DNA of 64,000 nt from positions 232,376,001 to 232,440,000 of the forward strand of contig OZ024741.1 of the NCBI GenBank assembly GCA_964016885.1, written 5' to 3'. Below are positions 39,201 through 52,487 of this stretch, one piece after another (the first letter of the stretch is position 1; every line of letters begins with the position of its first letter). Below the pieces are notes generated by a model. It was not told where the DNA came from and searched no databases. It saw only the letters and a program-made list of their open reading frames with translations. Made by a program: the position numbers and the translations under genes. The DNA comes from Eledone cirrhosa (taxonomy: Eukaryota).

Positions 39201-40949
39201 AGAAATCATACTTATTTTCACTAACAAAACAAACTAATGTACCTTCTGCGGCAGTAAGTAAATTTGACCCACACACATTACGCTACAGTAATTCATATTA
39301 CGGATAGTATTCCTCGAACTGTGAACAAATGAGTTATCTATTAGAGGGCAAAATACCAAATTGCTCCACATGTGGGTAAACAAACCCCTTAAGACATTTG
39401 GACTCATGCAAAGGGGGACAAATTTAAAACAACTTTCAAATTCATTGCTTTCAACTCTTCAACCGTACTAGTAAAATAAAAACAGGAATATATTTCTCCC
39501 ACATACAGAGAGGAGGGGAACATTCCTATTTACGATAAATAAATTGCCGCAACGTATCTAGAAGCCACACATAGTGACATATCCTCCATATTCAATAAAA
39601 GTAGAAGATTGGAGTACTACACAATTGGAATCCGAATGACAACTGGTAGTGGAGCAGCGGATGGTTACAGAAATGCTGTATAAAGAAATCAGCGCCACAA
39701 CATTAAAATTAAAATAAAAACATCACTAAAGCCAACAACGCATAAACCCTCCCAGAACAACCTCAGCAATTATGGCTTCAGCAACTACAATTACAAGTGC
39801 CCTAGAAAGCCAGAAGTGTTAAAGCAACAAAGATAGGCACAACAGTCGTGGAGCAGGAAGATAAAACAAACTCTCCTGCAAGCCTCAACCACAATAAAAA
39901 ACAAGAACAATTATAATATAAAAATTAGATTTGATGGAATTTGTACAATACAACAAATACAATATTATTTCTTCGAGCGTGGGACTGGACGGGACAATGT
40001 TCTTCAGATCCCTATAGGGAGGAGATTTAGTGAGGACTATATTTGAATTATGTAGATCTCTTAGTAAATGTTACACATAAAATGTAGGAATCATAAAATC
40101 ACTTTAATCACGGCCACAAAGAACAAGTCGATTAGCCATGTCATGTATTTTACTTCCCCCCCTCCTCCTTAATGCTTTTAGGCATCATAATTGCATCGGG
40201 TCTGGGGTCGGCATGGAATCAGAGACGTCTGCCCAACAACCCTAGTTCATTACGCTTGGATGTGGTGCACCATTGTGTAGTCGCTTACCTTCGTTCTCAA
40301 TAATTACAAATGTAGTCAACTTCCTGAACGTGAGAATAGCGACATCAGTGCTTTTAAACTAATGACAATCTACGCCCCAGCACCAGCAGGGTGGTCAAAC
40401 CTATTCACACACTTAGTGACAACCCTAAACCATGTCACTTATTAGTAATAGAGGACGATGTATATGGCATTCTGTATGCACCGATTCTCTAAGAATAAAC
40501 GTTAGACGATGTGCATGCAAAATCCTCGCTTACCTGTTCAGTTTTATCCAATGGTCTGACTGGGTTCATTACGAATTTTCAGAAGTGGCATTATGAGCTT
40601 GTCAAATAGCAGTAACTCTTACGTAGAATGTTCTTTAGGTTTCATTAAGAAATAGTGTAAATTACTAAAAACATTTTATAATTGCCTATAAATCATATGT
40701 CTGGTTCATGTGAGGAACAGACAATGATCCTGTGAGTGGCAAAAGGACTACAGAACATTGGAACACCTGATGACAAGGCTTTTGGCTCTAAAGCCCGCGT
40801 ACAGGATACCACTCAGGTCTGAGGGTGTCTGTCCTTTTTAAAGATTCGAAAGTATACTGAACACTGGAGCGAGCAATTTACGCATCCTCTCTATAATCCC
40901 TCGGGGTTTAGCGGAGGTATCTTTAATAACTTGCTTCAATTGTATATAA

Positions 40950-41710
40950 TTCAAGAAATGTCAGATCATCCTAATCTGGCAGATGTCCAACAGACTGTAG
41001 GGAAGATTGATACTTGGAAGGCACCAGGTATTGATGGTATTCAGTCTTGCTTCATAGATGTGACAAAATTGCGTGTACATTTACCGTTTGATTGCTGATA
41101 ATCGGAGACGTACGCCTGATTCTCAACTATGGATGCATGCGATACTTGTTTCCTTGTTCAAGGGGAATAACTCTTCTTGGAGCAGGGGGTAAAGTTTTTG
41201 CAAATCATCTCTCTAATAGGCGAACCAAATGTATTTGCCCTTGAGTGATTAAGTAGACACAATGTAGCTTTAGACTAGACAGGAGGTTTATGCCAACTTT
41301 AGACCAGCTTTAGACCAGCTTTAGACCAGCTTTAGACCAGGCAGGAGCACAATGGACATGATCGTTCTTGCTGAGCAGCTGTAGCAGAAATGTTTAGAAC
41401 GTCACATGGCTTTGAACCAGGTATTTATTGACCTCACCAAGATATTGACTCCGCGAATACGGATGATCTGTGGACTATTCTTGGTAGGGAGGAATACACA
41501 CCGGGTTTCGTGTGATTGTTCAAACAGCTACATATAGGGAAGAAAAAGAGGGTTTACTCTGCAGGTTGTGTGTCTGAACCCATAGCCATTTAAAATGGTG
41601 TTAAGCAAATAGACATCCCAGTACAGACTCTGTTCTCCTTGTTCTTTGCCGTGATGCTCATGTATGCTTTTCAGAATTGCGATGTATGTGTGTACTTACG
41701 TTTCAGAACC
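40950..41710 (+). mobile_element. Degraded RTE-clade LINE RT fragment
   Basis: KAPGIDGI, GITLLGAGGKVFA, GRSTMDMI, FIDLTK and NGVKQ...TLFSLFFAVML. Contains an 11-bp tandem CTTTAGACCAG x4 at ~41297-41340. Confidence 0.8.
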
Positions 41711-42047
41711 AGGGAAAGGGTGGAGAATTAACAGAATATTATACTTTGACTATTTAATATGCCGTGAGTTAAAATATATATATATGTATATATATGTCTG
41801 ATTCTTTACAGACGAGGGCCATCTCTTCAACATTGTTGTCAGAAAGAAAGGGAGAGAGAGAGACTTAGTTTCACAACAAATTAACTGCCATGAAAGGGTT
41901 ATAAACTGCTCGGTGAAACGTGCGTACTTGAGTACCGTTTGCTAATTTGTTGTGGAACTTACTCTATATTGAGATCGTCCTCTAGACTGAGTGCTCTACT
42001 TCCTACATATATAACCTCCATTTTTTACCACTGTATATATATATATA

Positions 42048-42109
<62 letters not shown>

Positions 42110-42305
42110 CCATTTCCTGTCAGCATGACTTGGCAAGCTATTTAGAACAACGGTTTAACCGCTTTACTTCCCTCTCGAAAATTAAGGACATTTAAATAAA
42201 TCTAAGGTAAAAGACTAATTGTCAACAATATCTTTTGCATTTGCATTTTTTATTCTATGTCCATACCTGCATTGTTTGGCTTTACAAATCCAAACGTTTA
42301 TAATA

Positions 42306-42400
<95 letters not shown>

Positions 42401-42540
42401 GATATTAATAAATGGAAACTATATTTATAAAACCATATTTATTTCATTATACATATTTCAGGGATACCAAATGTAGAGTGCTTTATATCAGTTATAAAAA
42501 TATTTACTTGTTGTATCCCAACAATTTTAAATAGAACTTT

Positions 42541-42612
<72 letters not shown>

Positions 42613-42686
42613 CATGTGTGCGTGTCTGTGCGTGTGTGTGTGTGCGTGTGTATGTGTGTGTGTATATTTATATTCTCTTTGATCAG

Positions 42687-42777
42687 ATCCAAATTCCAGT
42701 ATTATGGTGGCGAAAATTATAGTTATGTTTCTCCTGTTCATCTGGCTCTTTGGATTAGGGACAACACTCTATTGTTG
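42687..42777 (+). CDS. Predicted transmembrane exon (91 bp, phase 1 to phase 2): xPNSSIMVAKIIVMFLLFIWLFGLGTTLYC(W)
   Basis: Acceptor tattctctttgatcag|AT and donor TG|gtatgt. A ~21-aa hydrophobic stretch lies in exactly the frame delivered by the phase-1 EGF exons. Confidence 0.72.
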
Positions 42778-45700
42778 GTATGTGATTTTTTTTCTTTTAT
42801 CACTATTATTTTTGTAACTAGTACTTGACTTTGAATGAGTATGAGGTTTAGTTATATAACCAATAATAATATTGTTTCTTATAGTTGGATATGAGTGCAA
42901 TGGAACTCAGTAGATTTCAGCGATGAGTGTTCAAATTATTTGGTGACTAAAACGGTCTAATTCTTAAAGAACTCTTTAACTCAATTTCATTAATAAACCT
43001 TAATTGTAGCCAATGGTTATGTTAATAGACACTAATACATAATACCATGCAGTGTGACCGATATCGGGACAGCATGACAGGGAATTACTATTTGCATCAA
43101 TTGGTCCATGCTGAGCTCATTGAGGCATACACTTAACTTGAATTCCTGAGTCATAAAATTAGAACGATACATATATATGAACACATATTTTCCCCTTTAC
43201 GTTGCTTGGTGAAAATTAATTACCACTTATATTGATATCAAATTAAATAATTGCCATGTTATTGCAATAAATATTAGACAAATTATTGTTTCATATTTTT
43301 TGACCAGGGAATTTTGGTAGGTTTCTTTACTTGACACCGACTCAGCATTTGTTTTTATGTTGAAACGATGACAAAAATATTTGCCGCGAAGATAATTGAA
43401 CACTGAGACACGAGTAAAAAAGCTATAAAATTCAAATTATATATCTATATAAGACGACTAGCAGTAAAGCCCGACGTTGCTCGGGGCTGCTCAGTAGCTG
43501 TGTTAAAGTTACAATGTAAAGTTCCTTTCTTGGCTTAAAAACTGTATAGTCTACAATGTAGACTTTCATGTGGTACGTTTGATTAATATTCCCTCAACCA
43601 ACAGTATGACTTATGAAGTTAAGATAAAATAACCATAACCCGAATGTTAAAACAAAAGAGGATGCTGGGGATAAAAACTGAACTGGTAATCTATTAACAA
43701 TAATCGAAAATGTAAACACTGCAACACTTGTCTCAGAGAAAAACATCAGTGTAACCAAACTATCAGTTATTTTGAAACAAAGAAATTGGATGGACATGAA
43801 AAACAAATGCGTTATCCGAAGTCGAGGGGGCAGGCAGTATCAAAGAGGTTCGTACCTGTGATAAAACAAATATTGACAATGTAATAGCGTAGATGTTTAA
43901 GTATAAACTATCATAACAAACCCATGGTGAGTTTGACGGGCAGATTATAGACAGCCACAGCATGCGAAATGGACAGCTGCAGCAAAAGCCATATTCACCA
44001 AAAAGAATCGCTGAAATCAACAAAACAGAAATGCTGCTTCCATTGCATATTCACATGCAATTGAGAATGATGACGAAAGTTTACTTCGACTCACCAGAAA
44101 TGCTGTTGTTGAGTGTTGTCTAGGTCGGAATGCATATTGAAACAATGAAAAAAATGGCGGGAACAATCCTTGTATGTATGTGCCAAGTTGTGTGTGTCTA
44201 TTTATTAAACGCCAGACTTGTCAGCGACTTGAGGGGCGTCCTTAACAATCGAAAGCATCGATTTAAGAGTCCGCTTTGATTTGCGAGCAATGCTGGTCCC
44301 TAGAGGCCTATGTGTCAATAGGATGCACTGCATCGATGTTGAATACAGGTTTCGTAGACGCTATATATTTAAGGCAGTCGGTGTAACATTGCCGTTTTGA
44401 ACCCCAAACCCTATAAAACCTCACGGTATACAATATTCTTTGTTTTTTCCGTTTGGAGCCAAAGCAAAGAGGTTGTTCCGCCTGCCAACTCGAGAACATC
44501 CAACGTAGAATTGTCAATGTGAAAAACATGGCTCCTCCAGGTGAAGTCCTGCCTGAGATAAAATCTGACCCTGGGACTTGTTGAAGGGGAAATTGGGTTC
44601 TTTTAAAAGAATCGGGTGCATCCACTCCTGATGTAGTAAGAGTTACTCTAGGTATTAAAACATCTTCTCCTTTTCCACACCCCGACATAATCGTAGCATA
44701 AATAATGTGCTGTGACATCCTATTGATAACAAGGCGTATACCATTGCAAAGCTTGCGAGGGGTTATATTCCTGAGAAATATAATTTCCTTGAGAGACAAA
44801 ATATGTTGAGGTAGACCGGGAATATCCAATGAATTGAGGTATTCAATGGGATAATTGACCGCATCATGTGGATCAACATTGGTATCAATAGACTTAAAAG
44901 TCTTATCATTTCCAGGAAGACTTTCAAGCATGTGGCGATTAATGGCGGAGACAGTGACATTTGTAGGAGCTAATATAGCCCTCTCACACAGCCATGTATG
45001 ATTGCGGTAATTATCTGCCAAGTTGGGAAAAACGGCTGCCTTCAGATCTTCGACAGTGTTAACCAGACAGCATATATTGTCGAGTGCAATGTCTCCATGC
45101 ACATCTGAAGGTACTTTGCCGTTGCCAATAATGAGAAGGTCTTCAGCAAAATTTTCAGACACAGTATCGCCATGCAGTTGAACACGCATGTTAGTGGTCA
45201 GATGAAGTGTTGTTACCTGTTGCCACAATGGAGAGGACGTCAGCTCTGATGCCCTTTGGAATAACCGACAGAGTTTGTCGAAAGTCCCCTGAAAGCAAAA
45301 GAGTTACACCCCCATGGTCTTCTGACGGTCTCTAATGTATTTCAGTGTTCTATCTAAGGCCTCAATAGCTCCTTTGTGAACCATGGTGCATTTATCCCAC
45401 ACAATCAGTTGGTACCGTTGTAGCAGTTCTGCTCTCGGACTATCCTTGGTGATATCACAGAGCGGTGTTTCAGCTGATATCAAGTTAAGCGGAAGCTTAA
45501 AGGTAGAGTCTGCTGTCCTGTCGACAGGAAGTAGTGTAGCTGCAATACCGGATGATGCAACGACTATTGCGATAACTTCATTCTGTCTAACTTTGGAAAG
45601 AAGAAGTTTAGTAACAAAGGTTTTTCCAGTGCCTCCAGGGGCATCAAGAAAGAAGATACCACTCCATCGATGAAATACATAGTCGATGATGGTGTTGTAT

Positions 45701-47769
45701 GCAAATTGCTGATCAGGAAGTAGCTTTGGTTCCATTTCAAACACACATCTAGTTAGAGTGTCGACATCATAAGATGTTTCTTGGATGAAGAGAGTTGGAA
45801 TTTTATTAGAATCAGTGCGGTGGGTTTGTGGCAGACCGTATGCTGGCAAGGCATTCCCACCCATAACTAAAATCCTGTCCTCTATGGCTATTGATGATTT
45901 ATTGTACAAATCATCACTGAAATCTACTTCTATGTCAGGAAGTAGTAGTTCAGCCTGGTGCAGGAAGTTCCCAGAATTGTTGGTTCCGAAACTTCAACCA
46001 TAATGTGTAGGGATCACAAATGTTATATAAGTGAAGAAGCTTTGCAAAGAGCTCTCGTAGTCTTCCAGCTGAGTGTGATGAAACGATCTCCACCAAGGTT
46101 GCATCCCATCGTGAGTCATTTTCAAGCATTCCACGAGCCAAACAGGCATCTCTGTATATAGACCAAACACGATTACAGTAAGTTCTGGGGTCCAGAAAAC
46201 TGGTCGGTCCTTTGACCTCATGCAGTAGCATTCGAAGTTAGAAGCACTCGTGTTGATTTGGAGGAATCGTATACACTCGCCCCAAGCAATTAGTGAATTT
46301 GATCCAGGGAACTCCAATAACTGGTTGGCCAGTCTTTCTGCGACTCCTTGTTTTTTTAATTCCATGTGTAGTATGATGGCACCTGAGGATACAGCAATGA
46401 TTTTGCAAAGTCATCGTATTCGCACTGTTTGAAAAATCCATTTAAAGTTGTCTCCCTAGGGGTCTGTGCCAATTCAGCGGCATTTTTGTTGGTATAGTAC
46501 ATCCGTTGACCGTTTTCTAGGTGTACATCTAATTTTACAATTGAAGGGTGCCTATCATGTATTGGAAAACCGAATATTCACCAAAAGGCCTCGCTACTAC
46601 TTATGTAGCGCCCTACTTGGAATTGCGTTACTTCATCTCTATTGTTTTCGTTGAGTTTACCGAACGAAGCAGCGTCAGAACCCTTATTAACATACTTACA
46701 TATGTATTTGATTCACTTGACGGAGCTGCAGAATTCAACATTAATGTGTGCGTTGAAAGTACTGAGCAGGAGTGGGCAATAGGGAATGATCCATCGGTTT
46801 TCAACATCACCATTCTTTACCATTGCCTTAAAACTTCCCTCTTCGCGTCGCCTACGTCTATATAATGTGTAGCCATCATTGCCAGTCAGAGTATCGCGAA
46901 TAAATTGATGTGGAAATTTTTAGTGCATCTTTTATTGCCTGTAACGCATGGTAAATCAGTTCTAAAGCCAGGCACACATGGATCATGCACCATATGTGCC
47001 CTAACTTCCATCTACAAGTCCTTGTCAGTGGAAGGATCGGGTAATTCTGCAGAGATGATCCTGTCAATGTCGTTAGGACTAACTTTTGTTGTCGGCCAAA
47101 TAAGAATGTGAGCATGGGGGTGGCCTCTTTCTTGCCATTCGATTGTGTACATGTCACATTGAACTGGTTCGAAAACATCACCTAATTTGATAAGATCCAT
47201 AAGCTTAAGTAACTTAAGACGGAATACTCTAGCCGCAAGATCATGTCGGCGTTCTGACCAGGCAGAAGTTTCCCCCTCAATCTCCTTCCAATTGGGGTTA
47301 CAAGTAAAAGTTATAAATAAGTCTGGCCTGCTGTAATGTTGAAAGTGGGCATAAATCCACCTTCATACTCATAACTCGATCCAAAAGGTGTCATTTGGAA
47401 GGCACAATTGTAATGTCGAATATCTTGAAGAAAACCTCTTGAAAGTGAATGGGTGCCTGTAAGAAGAAGCCTCAATGGCTGTGGTGGATCCCTAGGAGGG
47501 TACAAGTTTACCTTACCATTAGGGCAGCACATTCCGGCTGGTTCACCCGGCCACTTTTGGAGTTGCAAAACTGGCAAATTTCAGACATGCCGCCGATTTG
47601 AATATGAGAGTGTGCAGCATAATTATTAGCGGGGACATATTTGAAAGCCTTCAATGACCATCGTGATTTTGCAGCCCTCAAAATACCCCGCTTATTGGCT
47701 TTATACTGAACCCCCACCCCCCACCCTCACCCGAATAGTTCGGATCGCTGCTGTCTCCGCTTCTCGCGC

Positions 47770-47990
47770 AGCTGCTTCAGCTGCCGCGTCTCTGGTCTGA
47801 CGAAGATCAGGTTCAACATCATTCTCTGCAGCTCGCGCAGATTCCGTAGCAGCCGCGTCTCTGCTCTGACGAAGTTTACGTTGAACATCATTCTCTGCAG
47901 CTCGCGCAGATTCCGTAGCAGCCGCGTCTCTGCTCTGACGAAGTTTACGTTGAACATCATTCTCTGCAGCTCGCGCAGCTGCGTTTGCCT
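47770..47990 (-). repeat. 69-bp coding tandem repeat (ARAAENDVQRKLRQSRDAAATES) in the Helitron N-terminal region
   Basis: About three units 69 nt apart in ORF 47701-48201. An analogous repeat occurs in Helitron 1 at ~11410-11640. Confidence 0.88.
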
Positions 47991-48496
47991 TTGCATTTCT
48001 TGCAAGCTGAGTTTGACGTTCCTCGTTATTCACTGAGGCATGTGAGGATGCAGTTGAAGAAGAATTTCTGGTGGGTCGAAGTAAACACTCGTCATCTTTC
48101 TCAGTTGCATGTGAAGATACAATGGAAGCAGAATTTCTGGCACATCGACTCAAGCAATGCTCATCGATAGATAGAGCTATCGCATTCACTGAACACCCCA
48201 CAATTTGAGGCTGTCTAATGCTCGACGACGCCTCATCAGCCTCCTTCTTTTCGTTATCTGAGACCGCTTCAGTCGTAATAAGGGCATCTTCTTTTTAGGC
48301 ATCAAGGTGGCGAGCACGATATGACAAAGAAATGTGACAAATGTATCTTAAAAACAATGTATATAAAACAATGCGAAAAAATAAGTTTTGCGAATCAATC
48401 AATTTTGAAAATCAATTCGTCTAATGAGAAATGCACCCAAAATCCTAGAAAATGTCATAGATGCATTATTTACAAAGTCATCTTTACATGAACATG

Positions 48497-48876
48497 CAGG
48501 GTAACCAATAATGTTGGCACTGCCCTTCTTTAACTTTGTTATAATTCAGTGATAACAGTGATTCAAAGGAAATTTAAACTTTTTAGAGAAATCAAAATTT
48601 CACATAAGGCATAACATCGATATATCAATAAAATCGGTTATGGTAATCAGGAGTTACTTGAAGCCGAATATTAGAAACATGGCAGCTTAAAAAAATTGCT
48701 CGATTTCTTTTTATGTAACTTTTTATCAGATTTTGAGTGCATTTCTATAATTTTCCTGAAGAAATGGATGCGAAATAGTTACGGCTACGGTAAAAATGTC
48801 TAAGTACGAAAATCACTTGCATGGATACTGAGCTAAAGCTGATTAAAGAGCCAGTAAGGGTGTTTAGGTCACCCTG
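48497..48876. mobile_element. Possible Tc1/mariner-type MITE inside the Helitron 2 5' region
   Basis: Terminal inverted CAGGGTAACC ... GGTCACCCTG followed by TA. The TIR is short and imperfect. Confidence 0.4.
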
Positions 48877-50129
48877 TATGTCGAGCCGAAATGCACAAAA
48901 ATGGGGCATGGTGGAAATAATCTGACTTCTTATTTGGATTGAAATTACTCAGATTGACTTGAATATGCTATTTTAGTTTGAGCAAAACTTTTGTGCTGGC
49001 CAAGCGTCAATAGTAATTAACTGCATACCTACTTTTGCACCCTTCCGGTATATACATGAATCCTAAAACAAACAATCCGTCCATATTTCCTTCAAGATAA
49101 AAGGAAATTAAAGTAAATTTAGCCTCATAAGACCGCAAAATTAATTTAAGTAGAAGGCCTAACCGCCAACGCCATAGCAAAATCAAACAACAATTGAAAT
49201 TCAATTTTAATGGCATTTATTTATACTGAAAATAATCCAAACATTTAATAGGGAAGGTTTAACTTACCAAGTAATGAGGTCGCTGACTTTTTAACGCTTT
49301 GTAGCATACAAAGGTAGTACAGTGCAAATGAAGCTACTAAACAAATTGAACCAACAATTGAAATTCAATTTGAATGGCATCTACTTATACTGACAATAAT
49401 CCAAATGTCTAATCGTCTGCAAGTTGTGAAAATTTGCTATCGTCTGCGCGTTCCATAAAAGGGAAATAACTCGTTTCTCATCTCTATTTATACATTTGAA
49501 CTGAAAAATCAATACATTACAGATTCGATTTTTGCATATGGCGTGGGTCGATTTGAACATTTTTTTGACCGATGTCTCCGCTGGAGCTTCATCTATAAGT
49601 GTCAGACAGACAGACAATCTCAGTTTTATATATATAGACTAGCAGAAAACCCCCCGGTGGGCGGTTTTCTGCTAGCAAATCTAGTGTATATACTGATATT
49701 GTTGAGTTTGGATGAGAAATATTTTCGGCACCACATGTTCACCGTCTCTCGGTGTGTCTTTTATGCATGTATAAATATATATGTTATCTATACGGTGAAA
49801 TTTTTGAAATAAATATATGTTAAAACGAAAAAGGAGAAAAAGAGATTAGTGACGGAAATATATACGTTATGATACATAAACGTTATGATATAACGATGGA
49901 AATATATAAACGTTTACGATAAAACGATGGAAATAGAAACGTTTATATATAATGATAAGCCGAAACACTCGTAAGCCGAAACACTCGTAAGTCGAAACAC
50001 TCGTAAAGCGAAACGTATAAATAAAGATTAATGTAATGAATTTGAAAAGCATAGAGATTTGAAACCGCGTCTATTTGTTTCCTTGGCACTTTTTATAGAC
50101 GGACAGACAGACAGACAGATAGACAAACA

Positions 50130-50149
50130 GAGAAATGCCCATATATTTC

Positions 50150-50203
<54 letters not shown>

Positions 50204-50230
50204 ACACACACAGAAATGTATATATATTTC

Positions 50231-50267
<37 letters not shown>

Positions 50268-51164
50268 TACACACACAGAAATGTATATATATTTCTGTGT
50301 GTATATATATATATTTCTGTGTGTGTATATATATATATATTACACACACAGAAATGTATATATATTTCTTAGAACAAAATTATTATTAATGTTTTGCTGT
50401 TCATAACAATTGGAATTGAAAAATTACTTTTGAAATTATTAGTTATTTTACTAATGCTTAGATATGTAAAAATGAAGCAATGTTTCTAATAATTGTTTCT
50501 ACTTTTGGCACAAGGCCAGCAATTAACCAGTACATTACTGGTACTTTATTTTATCGACCCCGTGAGGATGAAAGGCAAAGTTAACCTCGGCGGTATTTGA
50601 ACTCAGACCGTAAAGGGACGTAACTCCATGCTATGAAGCATGGTGGCCGACTCTCTACAGATTCTGCCAATCCACCGCCCTAATATCTGTACGTAATGAG
50701 GGAGTGAGAGGGGAGAGAAAGAAAGGCAGAGGTGAAGTGATGAAGTGACTCTCTCCTCCTCCTCCATCTCCCCATTCGTCACAGCGATAGAGGGGAGGAA
50801 TGTTAGTGTGTTACAAAGAGAAAGAGTGAGAGTGAGAGAAACGGACAGACTAAAAGAGAGGGATAGCTGGAGAGAGAGAGAGAGATAGCAACAGATACAG
50901 TACAGTAGCTAAGGGATGTATATATATTTATGTGTGTATATATATATACATTTCTGTGTGTGTAATATATATATATATATATACACACAGAAATATATAT
51001 ACATTTTTGTGTGTGTATATATATATATATATTACACACACAGAAATGTATATATATTTCTGTGTGTATTTATATATATATTACACACACAGAAATGTAT
51101 ACATATATATATATATGTGTAATATATATATATATATATACACACAGAAATATATATACATTTC

Positions 51165-51205
<41 letters not shown>

Positions 51206-51290
51206 CACACACAGAAATGTATATATATTTCTGTGTGTGTATATATATATATATTACACACACACAGAAATGTATATATGTTTCTGTAGC
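50130..51290. repeat. Palindromic minisatellite ACACACAGAAAT(GT/AT)ATATA(T/C)ATTTCTGTGTGT plus (TA)n, in two clusters (50130-50370 and 50916-51290)
   Basis: More than 10 self-complementary units in both orientations. Confidence 0.85.
50490..50680 (-). mobile_element. Octopus-type SINE
   Basis: Reverse complement of the 9042-9217 family. Confidence 0.85.
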
Positions 51291-52453
51291 ACTCCTCAAT
51301 TCCCCCCTCTCTCCCTCCCGCTATCCCCCTCTTGTAGTCTGTCTCTTTCTTTCACTCCCACTCTCTCACTCTCTCTCTCTCTACGCGTGCGAGGAAAATA
51401 TTCGCACGCGCGCACGTGTTTCCCCTGTCGGACAGACAGACAGAGGAATTGCTGGTTATATATTATAAGGAGATATCTCCTTTCTGCACGACTGTCTGTC
51501 TACATGCCGCTATCGTCTCTCTGCACAACTTTATCGCTTATATCAACCCTCTGCACGACTGTCTGTCTGCACAACTTTATCGCCTATATCACCTCTCTGC
51601 ACGACTGCCTGTCGCTTAAAATCATTGCTTCTAAATGAAAATCTCATAAGGCTTTATTCGAGAGAAATGCTTTTTTTTACAAAATATTTGCTTGTTTTAC
51701 GGTGTATTCAAATAGGCTTGTTTTCAAGTAAAAATATTGTTTTAAAAGACTGTTTAATGGAAATGAAGCAAAATGGAAGCTTAATGTTGAAACTTCGAAA
51801 TCATGAATTTTGCAGGTTAAAATTTTGCTGGCCCGAAAACTGTTCGTGTATTCTTGTACTTTTGCACGCATTGTTTATTCGTAACGTAAATAGATAAACA
51901 GAATGACGCCATTAAAGGGAAATAACTCGTCTCTCATCTCTATTTATACATTTGAACTGAAAAATCAATACAAATTCGATTTTTGCGTTTGGCCTGGGTC
52001 GATTTGAAAAGGTTTTTGACCGATGTCTCCGCCGGACCTTCATCTAAAAGTGTAGCAATTTCACCGAAATTTGATCGTACGGTTTAGATGTGTGCCGACC
52101 GTTTTAGTAGACATACAGACAACCTCAGTTTTATATATATAGATAAACAATTGTTAATATAGTTAGAAATGTCAGTGGTGTGAATGTGTGCGAGTTTAAC
52201 AGCACTGTATATATATGTGTTCTGTAGGCGTATTGCTTATAATAAATATTTCTTACATAGGTAAACTCATATAAACTAGCATATTTATTAAGAAATGTAA
52301 TCGACGTGACTATATTAAAGTTAAATAATCTACCGACGACGTAGTTGCGACAAAAAACAAAATCCTCTCGCAACGTAAGAGATAAAGTAAGCGAGATAAG
52401 TTTCTATTACGTTACACAGTGGTTGATAATAAAATATTTACATGATGTTTCAG

Positions 52454-52487
52454 GAAGAAACGACGAGGAAATCAAGAACAAGTCTAA
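52454..52487 (+). CDS. Predicted cytoplasmic-tail exon (phase 2 start): (W)KKRRGNQEQV*
   Basis: Acceptor gatgtttcag|G completes TG+G = Trp from the TM exon and gives a KKRR stop-transfer cluster immediately after the helix. It lies in non-TE sequence between Helitron blocks. Confidence 0.55.

Larger units (their letters stand above)
43458..49638 (-). mobile_element. Helitron 2, both termini present, Rep-helicase degraded
   Basis: 5' end TCTATATATATAAAACTGAG (minus, from 49638); 3' hairpin CCCGAGCAACGTCGGG then CTAG (43458-43461). IEWQERGHPHAHILIW (47012-47200), LDAPGGTGKTF (45304-45909) and helicase C-terminus (44308-45228). Confidence 0.93.
49639..52143 (-). mobile_element. Composite non-autonomous Helitron block abutting Helitron 2
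   Basis: CTAG hairpin at 49639-49675. Two 5'-type ends on the minus strand: TCTCCTTATAATATATAAC..CTGTCTGTCTGTCC (51473) and TCTATATATATAAAACTGAGG (52143). 51910-52030 is paralogous to 49455-49597. Confidence 0.7.

Noticed and set aside
39200-40900. Possible host exons or LINE ORF1/endonuclease remnants
   Set aside because: No ORF or motif that I can support; probably old TE sequence, left uncalled.
42704-42777. MVAKIIVMFLLFIWLFGLG as the signal peptide of a separate gene
   Set aside because: Possible but disfavoured. The exon is open from its acceptor in the frame set by the upstream phase-1 EGF exons, and it splices in frame to a KKRR cluster, which fits a TM anchor better.
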